64,000 bases of DNA from Deltaproteobacteria bacterium (GCA_947491545.1 CANLJX010000001.1:8006-72005), one strand, 5' to 3'; counted from the stretch's first letter, positions 28,773-38,352 are shown. Program-made: numbers and translations. The notes: generated by a model not told the origin, from the sequence alone.

Positions 28773-29329
28773 CGGTAATCGTCATCCTTGAGGTCAATCA
28801 GAACTATGCCGGCCAGGAAGTCGACAACCTCATCCAGGCAGACTCCGGCGTAAGCCCCCGCGATGAGCAGGTCGCCCCCGAGGCCAACTTCCCCTGGGCA
28901 GACTGCGCGGTCAGAAGAGTCAACGTAGGCCGGACCTACTCCGAACTCGCTCGATCTCTCGACCATGGCCGGAAAGCGCCGTCCGAGGTCGCCGACGCGC
29001 ACTGATGCCGGCAGCATCTGCCGATAGCCGACCTGCCCGTACTCGGTCACGCGCACGACCGCGCCAACCGAAGGTCCTACGCCCACGTCGACGCGAAAGA
29101 TGTCGACCAGGTCGAGTAGCCTGTTTGGGACATACAGCAGCGCCTCGGACCACCACGGAGAGGTGGGCTTTACCTGGTCCAGCGCGAAATCCACCCAAGG
29201 ATCCTTAGGGCTGGCGATGACCAGCTCTGCAACTTGGGGCGGAATGGGGAAGGGCTGGGCAAGACACGGTCTGGTGCAGACGAGCACAACGAGGGAGAGA
29301 GTGACTATAGACATCCGCCGACAGCGCAT
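28769..29329 (-). CDS. secreted hypothetical protein
   Basis: Signal peptide MSIVTLSLVVLVCTRPCLAQP. ATGA-type overlap with the downstream gene. Confidence 0.5.
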   Translation of the reverse strand: MRCRRMSIVTLSLVVLVCTRPCLAQPFPIPPQVAELVIASPKDPWVDFALDQVKPTSPWWSEALLYVPNRLLDLVDIFRVDVGVGPSVGAVVRVTEYGQVGYRQMLPASVRVGDLGRRFPAMVERSSEFGVGPAYVDSSDRAVCPGEVGLGGDLLIAGAYAGVCLDEVVDFLAGIVLIDLKDDDYR

Positions 29330-29373
29330 GGCCGGACGGTACCACCACTAACAGCCTTTCGGTACACTCTTCT

Positions 29374-30648
29374 TCAGGCCTTCTCAAGGAGAGCAACGAG
29401 TTCGCTGTGGTAAGTTTGGGGGAACATGTCGAGTACTGACACGCTCTTGAGGTAGTACCCACGTTCGGAGAGAGCCTGAACATCACGAGCGAAGGTTGGG
29501 GGGTAGCAGCTCACGTACACGACGTATGGCGACACCTCAGACGAGAGCCGCTGACACACCTCAAGTGCGCCACTTCGCGGCGGGTCCAGCACAACGGTTT
29601 CAGCTGGCACATAGTTTTGAATCCATTTTTCGCAGCCCGATACGTGGAAGGTGAGGCGGTTGGCGACATCGGCGGCTTCAGCGCGCGTCTGACCGAAAGC
29701 AACGAGAGCCGGGTCAAGCTCGACAGCGGTGACGATGTGGGCTCCTTCGGCGAGAGGTATCGAGATATTGCCGGCTCCGGCGAAGAGGTCCGTCACCGAT
29801 TCCGTCTGCACGTGTTGCAGGATGAACTCGATCATCGCGTCGTTCGCCAGCTTGTTGTTCTGGGAGAAGTGCCCGACTGGAGGGCCGTCACTCGCGACAC
29901 CCGCAGCTCGGTAGACTGCCTTGTGGCGGAAGTTGACCTGTAGCTGTGGAATTCGCCGCTCAAGCTCGCGGAACGCTTCCTTCGTCAGCAGCGATTCCGC
30001 GCCGGTGAGGTTCTTCGGGTGAATCTCAAGTGCGAGGTGGGGGATCCCATCGTGGTCTTCGACAGTAACCGTCTCGACCTCCGGCGCACAGCCTTTAATG
30101 AGCGAGATGTTCTGCTCAAGGAATGAGTTGATCGTGTCGGTTGAGATCGGGCAGTGAGTGAGCTCAACGATGCTCCTGCCATGCTTTCGGTACAGACCGA
30201 ATTCGCCCTTTTTGTTGATGTGGAAGGACATTCGGCGGCGGTAGCTGAGACCCGGAAGATCCGCCGCCAAGAGCGACACGCCGTCCTGCGCCTCTATCCC
30301 GCCGTGAATACGGAGCAGGTCCTCGACCATCTGCGCCTTGAGCTTGCGCTGCTCGGGCAGGTTAATGTGCTGCAGGTCGCATCCACCGCAGCTGCCGAAA
30401 GCTGGGCACGCCGGAGCGCAGCGATGGGGAGATTGACGAGCGATTGAAACGAGACTGGCCTCGACGTACGAGCGTTTGCTGCGATTAACAGTTGCGGTGA
30501 CAAGCTCGCCAGGGATCGTAAAAGGGATGAAGGCCTTCTTCCCAGATAGCTCCTCGGGCGCTGTAATAGACCCTACGCAGGAGCCGCCGGCCGCAAGGCT
30601 AGCGATTTCAACGGAGATCTCTTCTTGTTTGGAAGGGGGCTGAGACAT
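29374..30648 (-). CDS. 23S rRNA (uracil-C5)-methyltransferase RlmD/RumA family (TRAM domain plus 4Fe-4S Cys cluster)
   Basis: Cysteine cluster CAPACPAFGSCGGCDLQH, SAM fold motif TDLFAGAGN, and a C-terminal catalytic Cys region. Confidence 0.85.
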   Translation of the reverse strand: MSQPPSKQEEISVEIASLAAGGSCVGSITAPEELSGKKAFIPFTIPGELVTATVNRSKRSYVEASLVSIARQSPHRCAPACPAFGSCGGCDLQHINLPEQRKLKAQMVEDLLRIHGGIEAQDGVSLLAADLPGLSYRRRMSFHINKKGEFGLYRKHGRSIVELTHCPISTDTINSFLEQNISLIKGCAPEVETVTVEDHDGIPHLALEIHPKNLTGAESLLTKEAFRELERRIPQLQVNFRHKAVYRAAGVASDGPPVGHFSQNNKLANDAMIEFILQHVQTESVTDLFAGAGNISIPLAEGAHIVTAVELDPALVAFGQTRAEAADVANRLTFHVSGCEKWIQNYVPAETVVLDPPRSGALEVCQRLSSEVSPYVVYVSCYPPTFARDVQALSERGYYLKSVSVLDMFPQTYHSELVALLEKA

Positions 30649-30760
30649 CCCGGGGAATCTAGCATGGAGCGCCTCCTTATGAAAAATGATGCATCCCCGT
30701 CGGCTTACCCGACCTTTTTGGAAAGGGCGCCCGGCTCAGAATGGGGCCTGTCACGTGGGG

Positions 30761-31201
30761 CTAGAAATATACGTCTGTCTCGCCAGGATTCGCGTCGTTG
30801 AGCCGAAAAGCACGCACCACACCGAGTGATGAAAGGAGGTTGTGCACCGCACTGCGTACTCGTCCGGTGCCAAGCCCATGAATAATCTTCGTCTGCTGAG
30901 CGCCATTAAGAATGACCCGGTTGAGGTGCTGCTCAACACCCCGTATAGCATTATCCGCTGACATGCCGTGCAGGTCGATGCTCTTTGGGGCAGGGGCGGG
31001 GTTCGCAGGGACCATGCGAGAGCTCTCCTTCGGAGAGGCCTTGGGCTTTTCGGGCGAAGGGTCCAGATCTCCAATCGAGCAACGGATGGAGAGATCGCCA
31101 ATTGCAACTTGCAAGCGATCCTCTGAGAGGACTTTTGTGACTATACCCGTCTTCTTGAGGGGGCGTACGTACACAGAGTCGCCCTCGCTGTGGCGCGTCA
31201 C
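30761..31201 (-). CDS. Smr domain protein (MutS2 C-terminal-like)
   Basis: IDLHGMSADNAIRGVEQHLNRVILNGAQQTKIIHGLGTGRVRSAV. GTG start 1 nt after the tyrS stop. Confidence 0.75.
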   Translation of the reverse strand: MTRHSEGDSVYVRPLKKTGIVTKVLSEDRLQVAIGDLSIRCSIGDLDPSPEKPKASPKESSRMVPANPAPAPKSIDLHGMSADNAIRGVEQHLNRVILNGAQQTKIIHGLGTGRVRSAVHNLLSSLGVVRAFRLNDANPGETDVYF

Positions 31202-31202
31202 G

Positions 31203-32468
31203 CTACGCTCCTTCCACTCGGACTATGTGGTAGTTCTTCTTGCCGCTGCGGAGCACGATGAAGCCCTTCTCGAGCAGCTTCGTGTCTCGAATCTTAAGCG
31301 TGTCGTCTGAGACGCGCTGGCTGTCGAGGTAAATTCCGCCGCCCTGCACCAGGCGACGCGCTTCGCCCTTTGATTTTGCAACGGTCGATGCAAGCAGCGA
31401 GAGGAGGTCGAGCTCATCAATCTGTTGGCGCGATATCGTAGTTGCTGGGGCATCAGCGAAGAGCTCCCGGAGCTGCTCTTTGCTTAGCTCCTCGATTGAG
31501 CCGCTAAAGAGCGCAGCAGCAGAGCGTTTCGCCTCTGCCGTAGCCTCTGCACCATGCACCAAGTCGCAGAGCGCATCGGCGAGAACCTGCTGGGCAACGC
31601 GCTTTTCTGGGTGTGCATTAGCCTCCGCCTCTAGCTGTATAATTCGTTCGCGGCTCTCAAGCGTGAACACCTTGAGAAGCCGGATAACATCCGAGTCTGG
31701 AACGTTGAGCCAGAACTGATGGAACTTGTACGGGCTCGTCATCGTTGCATCGAGCCACACTGCGTTACCCTCGCTTTTGCCGAATTTCTTTCCGTCGGAA
31801 TTTGTGATCAGCGGGGTAGAAAAAGCAAAAGCCTCCTTCTGCAGTTTTCGCCGGATGAGCTCAAGTCCCGCAGTCAAGTTGCCCCACTGATCAGAACCAC
31901 CGACCTGCAGCTTGCAGCCGTTGTTTAGGAAGAGGTGCATGAAGTCGAATGCTTGGAGCAGCATGTAGCTGAATTCGGTGTAAGAGATTCCGTCTCCCGA
32001 GAGCCGGCTCTTCACAGAGTCTTTCGCCAGCATGTAGTTGACGGTGAAGTGCTTCCCGGTATCACGCAGGAACGAAAGGAGCGAAACGTCCTTGGTCCAC
32101 GTGATGTTGTTCACAAAGGTTGGCGACACGGCACAACCGCTCCGCTCCCAGAGCACACGAGCCTGTGCCTCCTGGAGCTTGGTGTTTGAGGCGACTTGCT
32201 CTAGTTCGAGCAGGTTGCGCTCAGCGCTCCTTCCGCCCGGGTCGCCGATCATGCCGGTTGCCCCACCGAAGAGCAGGATCGGCTTCAATTCAGCGCGGGT
32301 GAGGTGGATACCAACGATGAGCGGAACGAGGTTGCCGACTTGCAGAGAGGGAGCCGTAGGGTCAAATCCCATGTAAAAGGAATCCCCAGGCTTAACCTTC
32401 GAGAGGGCCTCAGGATCGGAGATGTCTTGGATAAGACCGCGCCACTCAAGCTCTTCTAACAGGTTCAT
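31203..32468 (-). CDS. tyrS: tyrosine--tRNA ligase
   Basis: GFDPTAPSLQVGNLVPL (HIGH region), KFGKSEGNAVWLD (KMSKS), C-terminal S4 domain. Confidence 0.9.
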   Translation of the reverse strand: MNLLEELEWRGLIQDISDPEALSKVKPGDSFYMGFDPTAPSLQVGNLVPLIVGIHLTRAELKPILLFGGATGMIGDPGGRSAERNLLELEQVASNTKLQEAQARVLWERSGCAVSPTFVNNITWTKDVSLLSFLRDTGKHFTVNYMLAKDSVKSRLSGDGISYTEFSYMLLQAFDFMHLFLNNGCKLQVGGSDQWGNLTAGLELIRRKLQKEAFAFSTPLITNSDGKKFGKSEGNAVWLDATMTSPYKFHQFWLNVPDSDVIRLLKVFTLESRERIIQLEAEANAHPEKRVAQQVLADALCDLVHGAEATAEAKRSAAALFSGSIEELSKEQLRELFADAPATTISRQQIDELDLLSLLASTVAKSKGEARRLVQGGGIYLDSQRVSDDTLKIRDTKLLEKGFIVLRSGKKNYHIVRVEGA

Positions 32469-32549
32469 ACAGGCTCACAGACTCATATTTTTGCGTCGGA
32501 GGAGACATTTGATAGCATACGGAGCCCGCCTTTAACACTGCCAACAGCC

Positions 32550-33689
32550 ATGAAGCCACTACTCCCCAACTCCTTTTTGCGCGCGCTCGATGAGCGCAGG
32601 GCTGGAGCTGCGCTGCGATCACTGAGCAGCAATCATGGGGGAGTCGACCTATGCTCAAACGATTACCTGGGGGTCGCTCGCATTCTGGGTGCTGAGGCAG
32701 CGCAGCTGAGCGCCTCCGGCGGTGCAACCGGTTCTAGGCTGGTGAGTGGCAACACCCCCGAGCACGAGGCGCTTGAGAGCTTCCTCGCGACCTTTCACGG
32801 GGCTCCAGCCGCACTCCTCTTCGGCTCTGGGTACGAAGCAAACCTTGGGCTCCTCAGCAACCTCGGCGGTCGTCACGACACCGTGATCCACGACGAGCTC
32901 GTGCACGCATCGATGCGGGACGGAGTTCGGCTCGGGCAGGCGCGCTCGTTCTCGTTCCGTCACAACGATCCAGATGACCTGCGCCAGAAGATCAGCGCTG
33001 CTCGAGGCGAAGTGTACGTTGCGGTGGAGTCGCTCTACTCAATGGATGGTCACCAGGCGCCCCTTCAGGACCTGGTTGCCGTGTGCCGCGAAAAGGGCGC
33101 GTTCCTTGTCGTGGATGAGGCACACGCCACTGGCGTGTTCGGTGAGCGAGGAGAGGGGCTGGTGCAAGCGCTCGGTGTTGCAGACCAGGTCTTCGCTCGG
33201 GTCCACACCTTCGGGAAAGCGCTCGGCTTTCGCGGAGGTGTCGTCATCGGGGCCGCAGAGCTTCGGGAATACCTGATAAACTTCTCGCGCCCTTTCATTT
33301 ACTCAACTGCTCCCGATCTCCGTTCGCTTGACATGATTCGCCTCGCCTACGAGCTGCAGGCTGGGATGGAGGTCGAGCGGGCAAAGCTGCGTGGCCTAGT
33401 TGAAGCCTTTAGAGCGTTGACCGAAGAGTTTCCCATGCTGCAATTCCTTGAGTCTGATTCACCGATCCAAGGGATCATTGTGCCGGGAAACCGCGAGGTG
33501 CTCGCCGCGGAAGCTGCTCTCGCAGAGCAAGGCTACTTCGCCCGGGCGATTCGCTCGCCCACTGTGCCCGCGGGCACAGAGAGGCTTCGGCTCTGCCTGC
33601 ACGCCTTTAACACAGAAGTTGAGCTGCGGAGCGCCGTGGCGACCCTTAATCAAGCGAGATCCTCAAGGAGGGTGGCCGCAAATGAATAA
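32550..33689 (+). CDS. PLP-dependent alpha-oxoamine synthase (8-amino-7-oxononanoate synthase BioF-like)
   Basis: SNDYLGV N-terminal motif and PLP lysine in VHTFGKALGFRGG. 379 aa. Its stop overlaps the downstream KAS start (ATGAATAA). Confidence 0.8.
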   Translation: MKPLLPNSFLRALDERRAGAALRSLSSNHGGVDLCSNDYLGVARILGAEAAQLSASGGATGSRLVSGNTPEHEALESFLATFHGAPAALLFGSGYEANLGLLSNLGGRHDTVIHDELVHASMRDGVRLGQARSFSFRHNDPDDLRQKISAARGEVYVAVESLYSMDGHQAPLQDLVAVCREKGAFLVVDEAHATGVFGERGEGLVQALGVADQVFARVHTFGKALGFRGGVVIGAAELREYLINFSRPFIYSTAPDLRSLDMIRLAYELQAGMEVERAKLRGLVEAFRALTEEFPMLQFLESDSPIQGIIVPGNREVLAAEAALAEQGYFARAIRSPTVPAGTERLRLCLHAFNTEVELRSAVATLNQARSSRRVAANE

Positions 33690-34857
33690 GAAGCCGCTCC
33701 TGATACGGGGGCTAGCCACCATCTCTCCGCTCGGCGCCTCACGGCCCGAAATCTCTGAATCGCTGCGCCGCGGAACCCCGAATCTGTCCCAACTGGGGGA
33801 GAGGGCGATTTTTAGGCTCACCGATTCTGGCGAGGCCTCGATTCTTAACGAGGCTAGCCACAGCAGCAAGCGTTCTCTCGACAGGGCGGTTCTGCTGGCT
33901 CTCGCGGCAGCGAAGCACACACTCGGCACACTCTCTGCGGAGGAGCAGGTACAGTGCGTTTCGATCGGGTCAGCTCGAGGTGCCACGACCTCCCTTGAGA
34001 GCACTATCCTGCAGCACCAGCTGGGTGTGGTTCCGCTCTCTCCGGAAACATCCCCTAAAACAACCGCGGGCGGGCTTACCTCGTGGGTAGCGCAGGAACT
34101 CTGCCGCAACAGAGCCTCAGGCGCTGGGGTGGCGTCGGTCGGTACCTCGATGACATGCACCTCAGCACTTCACTCCCTGCTTGTTGCAAAAGCATTCATC
34201 GACGCGGGCATGGCAGAGCTAGCCGTGTTTGGCGGGACAGAGTCGTGTCTCACACCCTATACCCTGGCGCAGCTGGCCGCCCTACGGATCTACTCGCAAG
34301 AGCGCACCGATTGGCCCTGCAGACCCTGTTGTTCCTCTGACCAGCGGGTGAACTCTGTGGTTCTCGGAGAGGGTGCCGGCACAGCGTTGCTTTGCCGAGA
34401 CCATAGCTACAGAGCGGATGACATGGCTCTGCTCGGCATTGGCTGGTCTCTCGAGGCTACGCCATCAGCAACTGGTATCTCAGAGGACGGCGCGGGATTC
34501 GAGCTCGCCATGCAGCGCGCCGTAAGTAGTTTGCCAGCAGGCATTACGGTCGATGCAGTCATCTTGCACGCCCCCGGCACGGTCAAGGGCGACGCAGCTG
34601 AATTGAGAGCCGTTGACCGGCTTCTCGGGTCTGTTCCGGTATGCACTACCAAGCACCTGACCGGACACACCTACGGCGCCTCCGGAATGGTAAGTCTCGC
34701 TATGGCTCAGTGGTTGCTCGAAGGAGGGGGGTGGGAGGGCTTTCCCTACCCCACAACTGCCGGGAATTGCCGTTTTGAGCACCCGCGGACCGTTTTGGTC
34801 AACACGGCCGGATTCGGCGGAAACTCCATCAGTGTGATTGTGTCCAAGCCGTCTTAA
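33682..34857 (+). CDS. beta-ketoacyl synthase, KAS I/II (FabF/FabB)-like
   Basis: Cys-His-His triad context: GTSMTCTSALHSL, HAPGTVKGD, GHTYGASG. Strong RBS AAGGAGG 10 nt upstream of the ATG at 33682. Confidence 0.8.
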   Translation: MNKKPLLIRGLATISPLGASRPEISESLRRGTPNLSQLGERAIFRLTDSGEASILNEASHSSKRSLDRAVLLALAAAKHTLGTLSAEEQVQCVSIGSARGATTSLESTILQHQLGVVPLSPETSPKTTAGGLTSWVAQELCRNRASGAGVASVGTSMTCTSALHSLLVAKAFIDAGMAELAVFGGTESCLTPYTLAQLAALRIYSQERTDWPCRPCCSSDQRVNSVVLGEGAGTALLCRDHSYRADDMALLGIGWSLEATPSATGISEDGAGFELAMQRAVSSLPAGITVDAVILHAPGTVKGDAAELRAVDRLLGSVPVCTTKHLTGHTYGASGMVSLAMAQWLLEGGGWEGFPYPTTAGNCRFEHPRTVLVNTAGFGGNSISVIVSKPS

Positions 34858-35053
34858 TGGCTTTTGGCTAGGGAATCGCGAGCCGGTATTCATTTCGCTG
34901 ACTTAGACGGGCCCTCAAGCGACCCCGGGGGGATGTGTAAGGTTGAAAGTTCCCTAGTTTTAGGCTACAACCCACGGTTCTGATTCGGCGCACGTGCTCT
35001 TCTCCAGTCGGAGAACATTCAGCTAACAGCGCCAGAGTGGTGAGGGATACCGT

Positions 35054-35290
35054 ATGGCCAAGGCCGCAAAAGAGACATTCTACCTCGTTTCCTCTGAAGG
35101 AACTGGATTTTTCTACATCAACCGGAAGAACAAGAAGAAGGGCAAGGGCGAGAATAAGCTCAAGGTTCGCAAGTACGATCCGATCGCCCGGAAGCACGTT
35201 CTCTTCGAGGACAAGAAGCTTTCGAAGCTGAAGAAGAAGTACGTGGCTGCAGGTGCCACTGATGCTGCATCGGACAAGCAGTCTGAGTAG
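35054..35290 (+). CDS. rpmG: 50S ribosomal protein L33 (C-minus form) with ~22-aa C-terminal extension
   Basis: MAKAAKETFYLVSSEGTGFFYINRKNKKKGKGENKLKVRKYDPIARKHVLFEDKKL matches the L33 core. No Cys4 zinc ribbon. Confidence 0.85.
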   Translation: MAKAAKETFYLVSSEGTGFFYINRKNKKKGKGENKLKVRKYDPIARKHVLFEDKKLSKLKKKYVAAGATDAASDKQSE

Positions 35291-35307
35291 TAATCTCAGG
35301 TGCTCTG

Positions 35308-37197
35308 GTGGTAGCGAAGACTCAGACCGAACAGTCGTCAAACGAATCTGAGAGCCACACAGCAGCAGAGTCTTCGGGCTTACCGCCACAAGTCGTTTCA
35401 GGCAGCGTTGCATCAAACGGGCGATCCGCGGCGCAGTCACGCGTGATTCCTTCGAGAGCGACACGCACTCTGGTCGGTATCGCCCTGCTGGCGCTCAGCT
35501 TCGCTGCATACACACTCACAGAAGGAGGTTTAGAGCCGGAAAGGTTACGGTTCCTCTCCCTCTCACTCTCAGGCGTTGCGCTGGTTGTGGCGCTTTTCGA
35601 GGCTACCTCGATCCTCACAGCGCGGGACCGTATCGAGAGCCCGCTCGAGCTCTTCGCGCCAGCCGGAGTGTTGCTGCTCGCCCTAGGTGGACTGGGGGAT
35701 GGCTACAGCCCTTCTTTTAGCTCTTCAGTTTTGATTGCAACCGGACCGGTCTTTGCGGCGGGTGTCCTGTTGTTGGCTCGCGCTGCGGCATGCAGCACCC
35801 CGTTGGCTGCCGACAAGGACCACCTTCTGCTCCCGCCTGGCCTGTCGTTACCCGAAACTTCAAAGGGCCAACGCCTCTCGTTGAGCGAGGGAGTGCTGGT
35901 TCCCGCTGACTCTCGCATAGAGAGGGGCTGTTGCAGCGTGCTTGAGCGTTACTTGTCCCCAGAGACACATTTTCGAATCAAGGAGGAGGGGGACGTTGTG
36001 TTCGCCGGTTCGGAGGTCGTTGGTGGAGCTGCCGAGGCGACGGCGCTCGCGGGTTCTGAGGATTCTTGCCTTCGCAGCCTTGAAAAGTTGGTTTGTTCGA
36101 GTGTCGAGAGGGCCGGTCTATCTCTCCACCGTGAAGACCTGCGTGCCCGCACTGCAACGGGCTACATTTTGGTATTCGTCTCTGTAGCCTGTGCCATCCT
36201 TTGGGACGAGCGGGTTGGGCGCCCCTGGGACACGCTCTCCGCTGCCGGACTAGTTCTTTTTGCAGCAATCGTGTGCCAGCTTGCTGAGGGACTGTACGCC
36301 CGTCAGCGTTTGATGGTTCGGCGCTGGGCGCGCCAGGGGTTCATCGCCGCATCGGACCGCGCAGTTCGCGAGCTTGCGTCGGGGACAAGAGTGATTTTTG
36401 ACCCGAGTCGTGTCGATTTGGGCTCTCTTGTGCGAGTTCGCGAGCTAGAGATGCTCGACGACCGAGTTGGTAGACACGAGCTGACAGGTTGTCTTGCGAC
36501 ATTGCTCGGCCGGGCTGAGGATGTTGCGCTTGCCGCTGCTGGCGACTTCTGCCAGGCCGAGTGCAAAAGCGTTACGCCTGAGCGAGTGCTTGAGCTTCAG
36601 GAGATCCCTGGTGCTGGGATCTGTGGTCGCGTGAAGGGGGTGACCGTACTCATCGGAACGGAAGAGCTACTGGTTGACCGGGGGGTACTTATCCATCCAT
36701 CCGAAAGTAACGTTGAAGGTGGTGATGACGAGCGTCCGCTGCTCGTTGCGGTGGGGGGTGAGCTCGTTGCCAGATTCTGGGTGGTGTTCGGTCAACGACT
36801 CTTGGTCGAGCCATCTGAGGAGTCGGCCGTTTGGCACAACTTAGTATCTTCGGGCGTGTGTACAGGTGCTCCGGGCGAGGCGGGGGCGACAGCTATTCTG
36901 GTTCGTGGACAGGAGTCGGATGTGCTTGGTCGCTCGGCAGAGATTCAGGTTTCCCAATTTGCCGGCGAGCGCTTCGAGCTTCCACGCTCGACAGTGGTTG
37001 CACTTACTCGGAACTTGCAGGAGCTCCCCGAATTGTTAGCGGACTCCCACCGTTACTTGCGGCTCGTCGAGAGGGCTCGGATTCTCGTCGCGTTCGGGGC
37101 ATTTCTATCAGTGGCCACGGTGTTCCTCGGCTTTTTCTCGCCGGTTGTTGCAAGTGTCTCTCTAGCTCTTGTGGCGGCCGTATTGGCCCTTCTTTAA
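35308..37197 (+). CDS. P1B-type (heavy-metal) P-type ATPase homolog with degenerate catalytic motifs (predicted pseudo-ATPase)
   Basis: Actuator-like block RIERGCCSVLERYLSPETHFRIKEEGDVVFAGSEVVGGAAEATALAGSEDSCLRSLEKLV, where TGES becomes SPET. TM6 has CQL instead of CPC. The P-domain has DPSRV instead of DKTGT. There is no GDGxND. 4 plus 2 plus 2 hydrophobic helices in P1B order. Confidence 0.55.
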   Translation: MVAKTQTEQSSNESESHTAAESSGLPPQVVSGSVASNGRSAAQSRVIPSRATRTLVGIALLALSFAAYTLTEGGLEPERLRFLSLSLSGVALVVALFEATSILTARDRIESPLELFAPAGVLLLALGGLGDGYSPSFSSSVLIATGPVFAAGVLLLARAAACSTPLAADKDHLLLPPGLSLPETSKGQRLSLSEGVLVPADSRIERGCCSVLERYLSPETHFRIKEEGDVVFAGSEVVGGAAEATALAGSEDSCLRSLEKLVCSSVERAGLSLHREDLRARTATGYILVFVSVACAILWDERVGRPWDTLSAAGLVLFAAIVCQLAEGLYARQRLMVRRWARQGFIAASDRAVRELASGTRVIFDPSRVDLGSLVRVRELEMLDDRVGRHELTGCLATLLGRAEDVALAAAGDFCQAECKSVTPERVLELQEIPGAGICGRVKGVTVLIGTEELLVDRGVLIHPSESNVEGGDDERPLLVAVGGELVARFWVVFGQRLLVEPSEESAVWHNLVSSGVCTGAPGEAGATAILVRGQESDVLGRSAEIQVSQFAGERFELPRSTVVALTRNLQELPELLADSHRYLRLVERARILVAFGAFLSVATVFLGFFSPVVASVSLALVAAVLALL

Positions 37198-37448
37198 TCG
37201 TTTTCATTCGCGATTTGTATCGGTAGGAGTGGGTCACCCTCGGGGTCCAATGCCCAGGGGCGGTCCTCAGGGCGTGCCGTACCGGCCATTGGGGTGTTCT
37301 CCTGTCATTTTAAGCGCTGACCGATTGCCTTGGTTCGTGTCACAGAGCACCGAACACAACAGAGCGGCATCCGAATTAAGAAGGTCAGCTTCCAGCGGCC
37401 GGGGCGAGGGCCCCTAACCCCCTGGAGGCTCAATAGTAGGAGGCAACC

Positions 37449-37811
37449 ATGGCTTGTGAAAACATCGAGGTTCGAAAAGGTTCTGAGTCGGTTTTTGCCA
37501 CATCGGTTATTGAAGAGCTTCTTGATGGAAATAAGGGGTACGCAAGCGGCCCGGAAAGGGGACTTCTCTCAGCCCTGCTATTCGACGGGGTGCAGGCGTA
37601 CATCCACTATGCCCTTGCTTCATCGCCCAAGGAGAAGACCCGGTACGCGGAAGCGTTCAGCTGGGTGATGGATACCGGGGTTGAGTACGCCTTCTCGTTC
37701 AACAACGTGTGTGAAGCTCTGGGGCTCAATCCGGACTACGTACGGTTTGGCCTGGCTAATGCATCGACCAGCCTACTGGTTGAGGCCGGAAAATCGCGGC
37801 GGAATTTTTAA
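37449..37811 (+). CDS. hypothetical protein, paralog A of an uncharacterised small-protein family
   Basis: Strong RBS AGGAGG 7 nt upstream. Shares the core LLSALL...A..W...SF..VCEALGL with the ORF at 38659..38949. Confidence 0.55.
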   Translation: MACENIEVRKGSESVFATSVIEELLDGNKGYASGPERGLLSALLFDGVQAYIHYALASSPKEKTRYAEAFSWVMDTGVEYAFSFNNVCEALGLNPDYVRFGLANASTSLLVEAGKSRRNF

Positions 37812-37825
37812 CGCGCCGCGGCTGG

Positions 37826-38050
37826 CTACTCCGCGTCATCCGGCTGGTCCGGCGAAGTCACTGCTGGACCAGCCGCGATGCGGTACCCTTCGCTAAACCA
37901 CTTTGATAAGTCCTGCATCTTGCAGTTGTGTGAGCAGAACGGGCCGTTCGGTCCCAGCTCAATGGGGATCTGCTTGCCGCAATGACGGCAGCTAGTGGAG
38001 CCTTCTGAGCCGTTAAGGGTGCTGTTTTTCTTGGTCACAGATTTCGACAT
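37826..38050 (-). CDS. yacG: DNA gyrase inhibitor YacG (zinc ribbon)
   Basis: CRHCGKQIPIE...GPFCSHNCKMQDLSKWFSEGYRI matches the YacG CxxC...CxxxC zinc ribbon and its C-terminal WxxEEYRI tail. Confidence 0.8.
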   Translation of the reverse strand: MSKSVTKKNSTLNGSEGSTSCRHCGKQIPIELGPNGPFCSHNCKMQDLSKWFSEGYRIAAGPAVTSPDQPDDAE

Positions 38051-38091
38051 TCTTGCACTCTAGGCCGATCGGCTAGGACTGTCCGGCGAAA

Positions 38092-38352
38092 CTATTTCTC
38101 TCGTAAACGCAGCTCGCGAATGCTCGTAGCATCTTGTGCGATCAGCTCAAGGTGCTGAAGCGTGCCGCCTTTTCGGAGGTACGAGTCGTCTTCAACCGTT
38201 CCTGGCTCTATGAAGAGGATTCCGGATTCGAAGTGGTACGCCTTGACGCGCCTCATGCGATCCAGGAGGCCTAGCTGGAGCTTTTCGTCCAATTCGGCAA
38301 GCAGCTTCTCCCACAGTTCAGGGTTGTTTCCTTTCGCTGCTGCATCAGACAT
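38092..38352 (-). CDS. small hypothetical protein with loose DnaA N-terminal-domain-like pattern
   Basis: LWEKLLAELDEKLQLGLLDRM...ILFIEPGTVEDDSYLRK resembles the LWQQCLARLQDEL...LYAPNRFVLDWVRDKYL pattern of DnaA domain I. The similarity is weak. Co-oriented with yacG 41 nt downstream. Confidence 0.45.
   Translation of the reverse strand: MSDAAAKGNNPELWEKLLAELDEKLQLGLLDRMRRVKAYHFESGILFIEPGTVEDDSYLRKGGTLQHLELIAQDATSIRELRLREK

Noticed and set aside
33448-33681. Upstream extension of the ketosynthase ORF (start at 33448)
   Set aside because: It lies entirely inside the BioF-like gene in another frame. The ATG at 33682 with an AAGGAGG RBS and an MNKKPLLIRGLATISPLG N-terminus matches KAS proteins.
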